Below are positions 24,002 through 36,300 of a stretch of DNA of 64,000 nt, one piece after another; positions within the stretch are counted from its first letter, which is position 1, and each line of letters starts with the position of its first letter. Source of the stretch: Lama guanicoe (taxonomy: Eukaryota); contig MU054662.1 in NCBI GenBank assembly GCA_013239625.1, positions 13,009,798-13,073,797 of the forward strand, in the 5' to 3' direction. The position numbers and the translations under genes are program-made. The notes under the pieces are model-generated. The model was not told where the DNA came from. It saw only the letters and a program-made list of their open reading frames with translations, and ran no database searches.

Positions 24002-27000
24002 AAAGGTCCCAGCCTCGACCACCTTTTATGTGGAGAAGAAATGCAGAAATGTTTACCAGCAGCGTGTGAGTGGCGGCTGGTGCATCCAGATGCACAGGCG
24101 CTGGGAGTGATCTGCAGGGTTGGGGGGGCTTTCTCAGAAGGTTGTCCACCTGGCACTTCACACCAGGTGGGGAAAATGTCCCTTGTCCTCCTTCAAGACA
24201 GAGATGGAGGTGAGACTCCCAAGCGACCCCTTGGCGTCGCCATGGGTCGTGAACGATAGCGTTCCACCTGTCATACTGGTCGTGTGTCTTTTTAGATCCT
24301 CTCGTGAACTTCCAGCTCCCAGGCGTTCAAAGGGCAGGTGCACGAGTTTTGTAGAGATGCCGGCCCTCGCTGTGCACACCTGCTGTGAAGGGTACAGGTG
24401 TCGCGGGCACCTGCATGGGCCTTGGTCTTCTCAGGAGGAAGAGCCTGTCTCGCTTTCCTATGCAGGAATCCCACCCGGAGCTGCACGACTGTTCTCATGG
24501 CCCCTCCCCAAATCCCATGTGTGAGCCTGCTGCTCGGGTGCTGGAGCCCAGCCCTGGGCCCACAGCGTCCATTAGTCAAGCTCCCTCAGCTGCGTCTACC
24601 GTGTCTTGCCGGAACGCGCAGCCCTGACCCTCTGGTCTCCCCGCCTCCTCCAAGCCGTCCTCTGTTCCTCTGCGTCTTCTACGTCAACAGATACACCATC
24701 CCTTTCAGTGTATCCACAAAGAGGCTAAAGACCTCACATACCAGAGAAAAGCATTCTCAGACCCATTGTTACGTCCCCAGCTTCTGTGGGCTGTCAGAGC
24801 TTCAGAGAGAAGGCTGCGAGGCCTGCGTCCCCATCATGAGGCCTGGGTGAAGGCACGAGTCTGATCACTGATGCGTGCTCCCCTCACCACATGGGGGGTC
24901 AGGGTCCCAAGTGCCCTAATGGAGACGCCGGCTTGTGTGCACCTGCGTCAGCCTTTCTCCCATCAAATAAAACAGTGAATATAATGATCTCAAGTGAATA
25001 TAATGTACCAAGTCTGCTGAGGGGGCGCCTCCGACCTGGCCGTTGGTTGGGGCTCAGTAAAGACCAGTGGTCTGTCCCCAGAGGTGTCCTCACTTCCGAT
25101 TCTTGAGTCCTTGAGACCAAGGCCTACATCTCACTTGTCTTGGCTTCGCCGCCTCCTAGCACAACACCCAGCCCCTGGAAAGCGTCTAAGAAGCATTTGT
25201 GGATTCAGTTGACAACGATTGTGTTTGCAACACCCCGGAGGGCATGGCTGGTCTGGGTTCAAAGCCTCCATCCCGGCCCTGGGGGGCGTCTCCCCCACGT
25301 GGATGCTGCGCTCCAGACCTGCTGTGTGTCCTGCCGAAACTGCCGCTGAGTCTGCAGGGTGTTTCCTGTGGCCGTGGCAGGTCCGCCAGCCTGTCCCCAG
25401 GTCCCCTCATGCGGAGGCTGCTGCAGGGCTCGACTTCTCCTTAAAGGAATGACTCCTTGGCAAGGTCTCTTTTGCAAGGGTTGGGGAGGCCCACGAGAAT
25501 CTCCGAAGGTGGGTCCTGGGCGGGCTCCCTCCGCCCTCAGCGCTGCTCGCCATGGTCACTCTCAGGACATCAGTGTTTCTCTGACGGGTGATTCACCCAG
25601 TCCTCCCGGGGTCCTTAGTCCCTTTGCCAACTCAGCCTCCCCATCCCTCCCTGTGCCTCAACCCTCAGTGGCCCCCAGCGGTGCTGTAAGCCAATCCTGG
25701 GTGATGTCGGAGAGTGAATTCAGCAGTCTGTGAAAACGCGCCGCTCCTCATGGGTTAAAAACAAACAAAAAACACTAAAAATGCAATGAAAGAAATCAGT
25801 ACAAAAAAGAGAAGTATTGTTTTAAAACCTCTCCCCCTCCGCCCTCCGTGTGTGAACCCAGGTGGGGTGGAGATGGTCTGTTTCTTCCAGGGCCACACGA
25901 AGACCCCGGGGGCGGGATCAGAGCAAGACTCTCTGTCCACGGGGCTCCACGGACACCTTCTCTCTCCTCAGCCGGACGGGGCCTTCTGCAGGCCATCCCC
26001 ACCCTCACCTGGGGGACAGAGTGGCCGTGCTCAGGGTCCTCTCCTCCCAGCTCAGCACTCCTGCTGTCCTCGAAGGGCCCAGTGGGCAGTGGGCCGTCCC
26101 AGCTTGCGGGTCTCACAGTTCTCAGAGGCACCAGGGGCGAGGACAGAGTGACCCTTGGAAGGGCGCTCCTGTCCCGGCCAGTGTCCCGAGCCCGGCCCTC
26201 CCCTGCGGCCCTCCCCTGGCGGCACGCCCGCCCACTTCCCGTCTGTCAGCCCTGACAGGCCGGCCACCCCGGCCAGGGAGCACTGAAGCACTAATTGGCA
26301 CTGGAGGTATCACGGCTTGAGTTCAGCCGGAGCTGGCAGGCGCCAGGACTCTGGTGACAGCTCTGGGAGAGGTGTCAGGAGTGGAGCTCTGGCCACCGGC
26401 TGTGGCGACACCCTGGCACTAATGAACAGCCTGTCAGCACCGGCGTCAGGGTCCCCGTGCGGCACAGAGATCATCGGGGTGGCAGCCGAGAAGAGCATCT
26501 CCGGCAGAGCACAGCTGGGGAGGGGAGGGGAGGACGGCTAAGTGGGACTCAAGCCAGCGCCTCGCCCCCCACTGTTAACCACCAGCGCGAGGGGACCAAA
26601 GGAAATTTAAAAAGCAGGAAAGGAAGAGGCATTTGTAAAAGATCTGTCTCTATGCCAACACTGGACCACTCCTGGAATCTCGTTTTCGTGGTTGCCCTGT
26701 AATTCGTGGCACAGGCTATAAATCCTCTCTGCAACGGGCCAAGGGGGCTCGGTGACTAAATTACCGCCCCAGTCATGGCCGCTGTGCGGTGACACCTGGA
26801 AGTGGCCTGAGTTCCCAGGACACAGGGCCCTGCGGAGGACAGAAGGCTCTGGGAGCTGAGGACTTTGTGCCTCGTCAGGGCGGGCTCCCTGGCCAGGGGA
26901 CCCACCGAGCTGCCCGTCTTGAGCTGGAGACTTAGAGTCCGGGAGAGGCAGTTCAGAGAAGGGTCCTTCCCTGTGGCGTTCTGGCCCCCAGCTGGCCGCG

Positions 27001-29666
27001 AGAAATGACTGATGTGTCCAGCCTTCTCATCTGCTTCCTGAGGATGGGTGAGAATTTTCCAGCACATCAGGCTTCTGCTTCGGGCTCAAGACTGGGCCGC
27101 TCTGAGCCTTCTGGAATATCTGGCCCTTCTGTGAGGCTCTGACAACCTGCAGTGACTCCCTCCCTTGGGTGGAGGTGACCTGCCTGAAAATGATGGGTCT
27201 GAAGGCCGGGCTGGCGGATTTGACTCCCTTCCGCTACTCACTGCCCAAAGCACGCTGGGTCAGGGGTCAGCCTCTCCGAACACGTGCTTCTTTCTTGACG
27301 CCATTCTTGCTCCTTGGCGTGGCACCTGGACATTCCGTGATCTGGGCCTGCACGTCCAGCCTCCCGCTCCCCAACCCACGCGGTCACTCCAGCGTGGTCA
27401 CCACCCAGTCGGTGTCTCCTCTTTGCACTCGCTTGTGCTCTTAGATCCGGATATAGTCCCTCTCCTGGAGAGCGCATTTACGACCAGGCTCAAATGACGC
27501 CAGTCCGGGAGCTGCTGCCGACCACCATCAGGCTGAGGAGCTGCTGCCGAATGCCGTCAGTCAGGCTGAGTGGCCTGCCCTTCTTCCCGGGGCCCGCGGC
27601 GCTTTGCCCGGGGCGATGCTTGCAGCCGCTGCTGGCTGTGAGGCCCTCCCGTGTCTGCCGGGTCAGGAGAGCAGCGCCAGGCCCCGCGCGGTGGCTTTGC
27701 GGGCCACACACCAGTGGCGGGCCTTGTGGGGGATCGTGAAGGAGAAAGCGTCCAGTGATGTAGAGCCGGCATTTTTCTTCCCTTTTTAAAATGGACTCTT
27801 TCTGGCGCATAATTTAAAACAAAATCAGGCTTGGCGAGTCATGGGTAAGATACAGGCGCTCCACCCCCGCGACGTCATGTGTTTCCCAAACCCACCAAAG
27901 GAATCTCTGAGAAGAGGCTCCCTCTGAGAAGAGGAAGGCCCTGACCGAGCCTCGGACTCTTCATCTGCAAAACGGAGGTAACGAAGCCTCCGCGGCGCGT
28001 GTGACGGGATCGGTCAGGCTGCAGGGCCAAGGGCCCGGCCCATGCGTCGCACAGCTGGGGCCCAGCCCCGGAAGCTCCCATCACCTGGGCGCCGGCCCCT
28101 TGCTCCTCACTCCCCATTCAGGAGGCAAAAACCAAAGGGAAGAAATAAAAAGTCTTTTCTGTGAAAAGGCTGAATCCTTACCAAAGCCGCAGCTCAGTCA
28201 GCTGCCAGAAGAGACAGACATTCAAAGCACGTCCCTGACCCCCACGACTTTCTAATTAACGTAGGTGCTCGATTAAAATTCCCAGAGCACCCCCAGGCAG
28301 CTGTCCCAGGAGGGACAAGTAGTTGCTAGCACACAGGGTATTGCAGTGTCATCGATGGGGGGAGGGAGAAATAATTGCATCGTAATGGAAAGTGGCAGAT
28401 CTCCCGTCCAGAGCAGCGGGGGAGCACACGGCCCAGGCGGTCCAGAGAAAGCGATAAACTGGTGGTCCAACCTCAGATGCGGGGCAGAGCGATCCAGCGA
28501 CTTGTGAAGCCAGTGGTTTAAACACAGACCAAGGAGGCAGAGAAGAGAGTGGAGGGAGACACTTATAGATCACTTTTTAACTCCGTAATTCTCTGTAACT
28601 GGAAAATTACAGCTAGATAGATACGTTGAGGGCAAAATTTGCCAATGTCAATAAGCGTTTTTGTAAGTTTAATATTTATGATCCGGTTTAAAGCAATATT
28701 AGAGCCATGCAACCTCCTACTTCAAAGGAGAGTAAAATCATAAAAAGACTAGTGGGGAAATTAATGAGTTCAACGTGCTTCAACTGAGAACATATGAAAT
28801 CCGGCCTCAGTCGAGAAAGCAGGGGCAGGAGTGCAGACCGCAGGCGCTGTTTGTGGTTTTACCAATTATTTTAAAGCCCTTGAAAAATGTGGTAGAATCA
28901 GATGTCGGCTGAATCCAGGCCCTGCTCGCAACACCTCCCCCACGTTCTCCTGAGCTGAGGCTATTTGTGGGGGTTCCTGGTGACCATCACCATGCAGAGA
29001 GGTTTGGATGGAAAGGAAAAGGAAATATAAAAGCCAGGAGATAGCGTTGTCTTCCCCGCAGAAGCTCACCAGCCCAGGCTCGGTTGTCACAAAGGCTGCC
29101 TTAAACGGCAGCCCCTCCAGGCCGGGGGACCCCGTCTCTGAGGAGCAGCATGACAGGCAGCTCATCGGGGGTCCCGCGCACAACGGCCCCAGGAACCTTC
29201 TGGCCAGGGAGCCCCTGAAGACCAGCTGGAGGCTTCGGGAACTCCACGGCCAGGACCCACCAGGAGCTGCCCGGGGAACCTGGAGGAAGTCTCCCATCGG
29301 AACGTCCCTGCAGCAGGGGCTTCGCCGTGGAGCTCTGACTTTGCACCTGCTTTTACACCCCCGTGATGACTGCTCTTTCCCTGGAGTCTCGGTGGCAGTC
29401 CCTGTCCTCCGAGAGTAACAATAGCCACGAGTCCGTGGATGTTTAAAAATGAGCTGAGCGCTCCTCTAAACGGGGACCCTCGTCGTGTGCGCTCTTCACA
29501 GAGGTGTGAGACAGGCCCTGCGACAAGCATCTCACCACGATGAGGGCCGAGGCTTGGAGAATCACCGCCGAGGGCCCAGGGCCTCACTGCTCGGAGTCGC
29601 AGAGCTGAAACCCCACCCCCGGCAGTGTCTCCAGAGCGCACGTGCTTAACCGCCAGGCTGCTGAGT

Positions 29667-30217
29667 GTGGTTCTCAAAGGATGGTCCCTGGGCATCACCT
29701 GGCCCTTTAGAAGAGAAGTTTGCCCGTTCCTGCAGTGCGGGAAGACTGAGTCTTGACGGTTCTCATCGCCGCTATTAAACCTCGTGTTCTGTCCACCCTC
29801 CTGCCTTCCCTCCTTCCCACCGCTCTGTGAACTTGCAGTTAGGGGAGCTCTCATCCACGCTCCAGCCGTCCCTCCTAGAGTGGTCCGTCCCCGAGGGGCC
29901 CTGCGCCCTCCCCGGGGCCCCTCACTGGCTCCCCCGACTGCCCCACCTTGGATTGACCTCTGCCGGCACAGGGCGCCCGTTTCCCTGGCCCGGCCCTGAG
30001 GTGTACACTGCTCTGCGCTCCCCCACTTTGCCTTCTTCGGAGTCGCCTTTGTCTGGGGGGGATCACAGAGACCCAGCCCTCGCCCTGAGCCTTTGATCCT
30101 ATGAGGGTGGGACAGCACCACGGGGTTCACAGCCCCGACCTCGGGCGGGACCCAGAAACCTGCGTTTTAACAGAGCCCCCAGGCAACCGTGATGCACACC
30201 AGGTCTGAGAGCCAGTG
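29667..30217 (+). mobile_element. MER5A interrupted by a duplicated segment
   Basis: 5' part 'gtggttctcaaaggatggtccc...gcatcacctgg' (29667-29702) and 3' part 'gggacccagaaacctgcgttttaacagagcccccagg...tgatgcacaccaggtctgagagccagtg' (~30145-30217). Confidence 0.7.
29689..30105 (+). repeat. Dispersed direct duplication, copy 1 (partner 39046-39473)
   Basis: Aligns end to end with 39046-39473 (offset ~9357 bp); 29803-29940 is identical. Confidence 0.97.
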
Positions 30218-32429
30218 CCGTGCGGTGGCCGCTGCGGGCCGGGAGCTGTGCTTTATGTGCCTTCCACCTCTTAATTCCCACTCATGCCCCGCGAGTAGGC
30301 GTCGCTGTCCTTGCCGAGATGAAGAAGTGGAGAGCCGAGAGGCTCATTCACCCACAGACCGGAAACGGCCAAGGTGAAGGGCACATCCCAGCCTACTTGA
30401 CCCCGAGACCCGTGCGCTTGTTCGCCTCGGGCCCGTTGCTTGTTCTCAGTCTCTGGGGCACGTCTGCTCGCTGCTGTCAGACCTCCTGCCAGCCCCGGGC
30501 CGTGGTCCTTGGGCGGCCAGGTTTTCTCAGTGTCCCCCACCCCCCTGTCCAGGCACTGGGCCCCAGGCTGGGCACTGGGCTTGGCCTGGGCGTCACGCCC
30601 TCCCGGGGACCTCCGGCTCGGTCAGTGGGTCTCTGCAGGAACACCGCCGAGCGGAGGACGCGCCCCACCCCGGGCGCTCCCCTGTGCGTGGTCCGGTGAG
30701 GCGTCTCGCTCGCTCTGAGCTGCAGGCTGTCCCCCACCTGGACCGCGGTGCAAGGCAGGGGGACGGCTGCTCCCTGGCTCCGTCTGCTCCTTCCTCAGGT
30801 TGAGCACTATCATTCGCTCAGGCGATGGCATGTCCTCTGCTTGGATTGTTATTATTAGGTTGTTTTACACTTTAACAGCTTAGATGTGAAAAGAAATCGC
30901 TGGATTCCAGGCTATGTTTTTCATTATCTGACTCCATCCGGTTTTGCTCCGTGTCCTTCTGCTCCTGGGGACACTCCGTCCTCCTGGGTGGGGGGGCAGT
31001 GCGCCTCCTGCCGAGCCAGGACAGGCGGGGAGCGGGATACCAAATCCGCGCGAGGACCAGGCGCCGGCCTCCCCCCGGCCGGGCTGCTGCCCCTCGGGTG
31101 CTGCTGCACCATCCGCCCGTTTGTCACCTGCGTATTGGGGGCGGGGGCCTGTAGCCCTTCCCCCCCAGGAGGGTCGTCTCACCCCTTGCGTCTCTCCAGC
31201 AGAGGCTGATTCTGCTACGGTGCCCCTCCCCCAGCCCCAAACAAACCCCTCTTCTGTCCACGGAGGGAGAGTTAAAGGGAATGACTTTGGCTTAATCGTC
31301 CTCGTAATGGATTCCGGACCCCTCCTGCGTAACTGCCGGGCAGCCCGGGAGGCCTGGTGTCCCTTCTCTAACGCCTTGCATGGCCGCCTTGCCCTTTACG
31401 GAAGGGCTCGCCTGGGTCGCTGCGGACAGGGTATCGGGCCAGTCAGTCATCTGCATGACAGGGAAAGACGAGTGGCTTTCTCCCTCGCTGATTTATTTCT
31501 GCTGTCACACACCATTCCTGAGAAGGATTGGAGCAGAGAAGGTGACATGGATTTTTGTCCCCAGGAAGACTCCTTGGCAAAACAATTTTGATTGTTCGTG
31601 CATCGATTCAATTATTTGCTCGATAATCGCCATTGAGGACCTTCCGCAGTGCAGCTGTCCTAGGCCGGGAGGTACCTGAGGGGACAAAGGAGACACAGCC
31701 CCTGGCCTCACGGAGCTTCTGTTCTCGTGGGAGAGACGCGGATACGTGAACCTGATGATGTGTGACATGGTGATCACCAGGAAAAAATTCAGCAGGGTGA
31801 GAGGCAGAGAGGCGATCGAGGGTCTGCTGGGGGTTTGCCATCCTCAGCAGAGTAGATCTGCATGGATTTACCATGAAGCTTCCCTGTGACAGCTGAAGGG
31901 GGGGCACTTTGAGATGCTTCAGAGTGCGGGGAACGCAGCATTCAGAGCCTCTGCCCCGGGGCTGCGGTGTCGGGTGTGGCTGACACTCAGCGGATGACTG
32001 CATGAGCTGATGTCAAGGAGAGAGCGCTGTGGAGACAAACAGAACAGAGATGGGACCAGGAGCCAGAGCGGTGCTGCTCTGGTCGGATGTTGAGAGAGAG
32101 CCGGGCAGAGACCCGGAGCAGAGTGAAGGGAGGCAGTGATCGGGAGGGTGCTCCGGGCAGAGGGACCGGCAGGTTCCAAGGCCGTGAGCTGGGGACCCCT
32201 CTGGGGTCCGTGAGGAACAGCAGGAGTGCTGAAGCAGAAAGACGTCACCTGGGGTGTTGGGAAGAGAGCCAAGAGTCAGATCATGCTGTGCGTTGAAAAC
32301 CAAGGTAAAGACTTCAGCATTTGTTCCAGTAAAAACACTGGCATGTCTTAAGCCAGAGAGTGAACTGGTTCAGCCGGTGTTGACAAAGGGTCAGTTTTAC
32401 TGTTGGAAGAGAAAGGACAAGGGTGAGGG

Positions 32430-33340
32430 GGCGGGGCCTTGAGGGTGGCTGCGGGATAGCAGTGAGGATGCTGTCGCCTTCGTGCATCAAGACGTGAGGG
32501 AGGCGTGCTCGCTTCGGCAGCACATACACGAAAATCAGAGCGAGACAGAGACGATTAGCATGGCCCCTGCGCAAGGGTGACGTGCACACTCGTGAAGCGC
32601 TCCGTATTAAAAAAAATAAAAACTGATGAAGGCACGGCCTGTGGGGGGGGGATGAAGGCACGGAGGCTATCTTTAATCTAGAATGTATTCTGAAAGCCGA
32701 CGAGGCTTGCTGGCTTGTTAGACGGGGGTTGTGAGAAAGAGTTAGGAATCAAGGGCGATTCTAAGATCCGTGGCCTGTGCCTGCTGGCGGCTACTTATAT
32801 CAGCTCTTGCCCTCAAGAACTCCAAGGGGAGCGAGCAGGCTTGTAGAAGGAAGAGGAGCTTGGACTCGAGGCGCTTGGTGCCTGCAGGTGGAGAAGCTGA
32901 GTAGGTGGTTGGCTACGCAAGGGCACAGAAGCTCGGGAACTCAGTCGAGGGGTCGTCAGCCTCCAGATGGCACTTGGGGCCCTGAGTCTGGTCATCACCA
33001 CCTACCGAGTGAACAAGAGAGCTCCGTGGCTGGGCCTCGGGGCATTCCAGCACTGAGGTGTGACGGAAAGGAGGTCGGTCCAACAAAGACGATTGTGAGG
33101 AGGAAGGGAATCTGAAAACCAAGTGCAGAGAGCACGTCATACACGGAGTAAGTGACTAACGTCGCAGGTGCGCTTTCAAGTCCAGGAGGTGAGGACTGAG
33201 AACTGGTAAAATGCGCTTACCTGAGACGTCGGAGGGATGGACCTGGGGAAAGCCAGTAGGTAAGATATTAACTGGAAAGGGAGAGAATGGGTTGAAGAAA
33301 GGGACGGGGTGATACCCTGTTTCTGAGCAGTTTTTCTTTG
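32430..33340 (-). mobile_element. LINE-2 fragment hosting the U6 retrocopy
   Basis: 'gtattctgaaagccgacgaggcttgctgg...gtgagaaagagttaggaatcaagggcgattctaag...ggcctg' and 'gtcaagtccaggaggtgaggactgaga'-like L2 motifs. Confidence 0.6.
32505..32622 (+). pseudogene. Processed U6 snRNA pseudogene (full length, poly-A tailed)
   Basis: Colinear with U6 from GTGCTCGCTTCGGCAGCAC to GAAGCGCTCCGTATT (32505-32608), with 14 substitutions in 104 nt. A-tail at 32609-32622; degenerate TSD aagacgtgagggaggc / aaaactgatgaaggc; no TATA box upstream and no T-run terminator. Confidence 0.95.
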
Positions 33341-36300
33341 AGGGTTAGCAGAACTGGGGCTGGGGCTCGTGGACAGTGTGAGGACAAAGGAACTTTCTCC
33401 CAAAGCGCAGTCCGCAGCCCGGAGTCCCTCGGCCGCTCCCCGCTGTCACTGCAGTGTAATTACGCATCTTAGAACTCCCAGGGGTCCTTCTTCCTCAGAT
33501 GAAATAAAAGAAGGAATTAAAAGACTTGTTTCTACTTGTAGAGGAGCCTCTAAAATCTGACCTTCAGCCATGTCACCCCAGATGTCTTCATGTGGCTTTT
33601 GAGTGCTCTGGGCAGTTGGAGGGAAAATCACCATGTTGTTAAAGCAACAGACCGTCTCTGACCCTGAGGGACATGGCCTGGAGGGGACACGGTCCGCTGG
33701 GAGGCCCAGGGAGGGCTCCACTGGGGGCTGATCACGGAAGCACTTACTTCCCGGGGTGTGAAGCAGCCGTGAGAAGGGGCAGGGAGGCGCAGGACAGTTT
33801 CTGCTCCCCCCACCCCTCCCCAGGGCCAGGGAGACGGGCTCAAAGTCCTCAGTATTCGACCCTCCGTGACCAGGCACTCGGCCGGAGCAAGGCTACCGGA
33901 TACGTCTTTTCTCTGAAAGCAGAGCAGGACCGAGTGAGCCATGGGCAGCCACCCCTCTGGCCGCAGTGATTGTCCAAGAGAGGTCCCCTCCACACCCGGA
34001 GGAAGCTCAGTGGGGGAATGGAGGGAGAAGGCCCACCACACCCGGAGGTGCAGACCAGCACCGCCCAGGTCTAGTGCTGGGGGGGAGGCTCTGTCTGGGG
34101 AAAACGCTTCAGCTCTAGACAGACGGGCACCCCGGACCTCCCGCAGGCGCCCCGCTGCCCCAGCGCTGCTGACCCCGGTCCTACGGGGGGGGGGGGGCAG
34201 GCAGTCTCGGCATTTAGTCTGGAAGAGCGTTAGAGCTGGGAGGTGCTCGCCCCTGGGAGAGAGCCCCTGCCGTGCGACGGGCAGCACCTCCTCCGTGTCA
34301 GCCCGGCTGGCGGCCAGGTCCCCAGCACCCACCCGCGGTGCTTCTCCTCGGAGTCCCAGCCCCCCGCCCTCCCTGTCCCCGTCGCCCAGGAGCCTCCCTT
34401 TCCCCCGAGAGGGGAAACATCCGCGATGGGTGGGGCACGTGTGCAAGACGGAGGGACGGGGACGTGGGCCCTTTCCCTCTGCGTCTCTCTCTGCCCGGGA
34501 CCCACGGCCCTTTGAGTGCAGGGCAGTTTAGTGAGCCATCGTGCTTTCCTCCTCATCACTTTGCTCCCTGTGGCTTTGCTGTTAAGCGTCCGCACTGACC
34601 GGTCCCTGCTCTGCTCCTGGAGGCCCACACTTCTCCGTGTGTTGACATGTTTTCTCTCTTTGTCACAGCACTTTCCTTGGCCTCTTGATTTTGGTCACTC
34701 AGGTGTTGTCATGGCAATGACATCCTCAGAAGAGTGGAGCTGCTCATGTTGTCATGGTTATAAGGACCTCTTGATGAGAACCCCACTTCACTGTCTTCAC
34801 GCGGACGGCAGTAAGGAATGCTGGGATCTCTCGGCAAGCCTGAATTCTTAGGCTCGAAGCTAGTGGTTCTGCGCCTGAAAATGCAAGGGCGGTAACTGAT
34901 GGGCAGGTAGCGGCGGTCTGTCCCTACGAAAAGGAGGAGACCGAAAGAGGGGCCGCCCTCATCCTGCTCACCACTGCCGCGCCCTCCTCCCCCTCCTCTC
35001 CGTCGTCAGCATCTTCACCGCCGTCTCCGCCATCTTCAGGGTCAGCAGCAGCCTAGTGGCCAACGTCTTTCTTGTAGGCTGTGTTCGGGCACTTTTCTAA
35101 ATGTCTTACCTGCGTGAACTCTTTAATTCTCTTGACAGCCTTCCGATGTGGGGGTTACTCATGTTCTCTTGTAGGCGAAGGAACTGAGACACAGAGAGCT
35201 TACCTAAGTGCCTTGCTCAGAGACACACACTAGCAGGGGAGGCTGTGAAGACTGACCCAGGCCTTTGGCTGGAGAGGCCTCACTCTGAACCCATTAACCC
35301 ACTACTCACCGTTGTCCCGTTTGAGCACTGGCAGCAAAATTCAAGGTAAATCAGCTCAGCTACCAACGGAGGTGCTGAATTAGATCATCTATTTTCTTTC
35401 ACTATAATTCCACTCATTTACACCAATTTTAATTTTTAAAATCTTCTCATATTTTACTTTGATTCTGTAACAACCCTATGAGGTTAACATTGCTGGTAAC
35501 TCAAGTCTGGAGTCTGCGGCTTCCCAAGGAGGCTTGGCGGCTAAACTCCGTGTCAGTCTAGTCCCGAATGCACGACGACCTGCTGATTCCGAGTCCAGGG
35601 TTTGCTGCGTCCTGCTGCCCCTCCTGTCACATGTCGCGGCCCAGGCGCTGGCCCTGGGGAGGAGAGGGGCCACACCGCCTAAGGTGAAGCAGAGGAATAA
35701 ATGGCAGGTCATGGCCCGGCATCCAGGCGGACGTCTGCCCTCTTCTGCCCCCCGGCTCCGGGCCTGACGCCTGCACACCCCCAGTGCCCGCCCGCCCCCG
35801 CCACAGGGCAGGCAGGAGCGGGCAGCCTTCCCGCCAACCCAGGGACCGGCGCTGACCCCGTGCGGCTCTGAGCAGGGGCTTTAAGGCCCGTGGGAGAGTC
35901 CCGGTAGAAGGCTCCCCCAGGAAGGGTTCAGACGGCCCTGTGTCTGCGCCAGCGTTCAGGAAACGACATTGAGACACGCATGAGTTCCTTAGAGAGGAGC
36001 CTCTACGAAAGCACGGCTTTCAAAGCAGAAGACACCCGGGCCTGTGAGTTGCTGGGCGTCATTCAGGTGTAAGGGGCTGGGGGGGGATGGCAATGAAGTT
36101 AGTAAAGGCAGCAAAGGTCTGCAGTGTTCTTACTGCTCTAGGCCACACCCCCCCACGTCAGCTCACGTGACTTCGGAACAGCCCTGTGAGCTTAGATGCT
36201 ACTACTACCCGTGTTGGGCAGATGAGGACACAGTGGCACGGAGATGCTCAGTCACCCGCTGAGGGGGATGTAGCTGGTAGGAGGCAGAGCTGGGACCCGG

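Noticed and set aside
29162-30130. 322-aa minus-strand ORF (longest in the track)
   Set aside because: Low-complexity G/R/P/A composition, no recognisable domain, and it runs across MIR, MER5A and the duplication junction; expected by chance in GC-rich DNA.
32505-32608. Functional U6 gene
   Set aside because: 14 substitutions, poly-A tail instead of a T-run terminator, no upstream TATA, and embedded in an L2.
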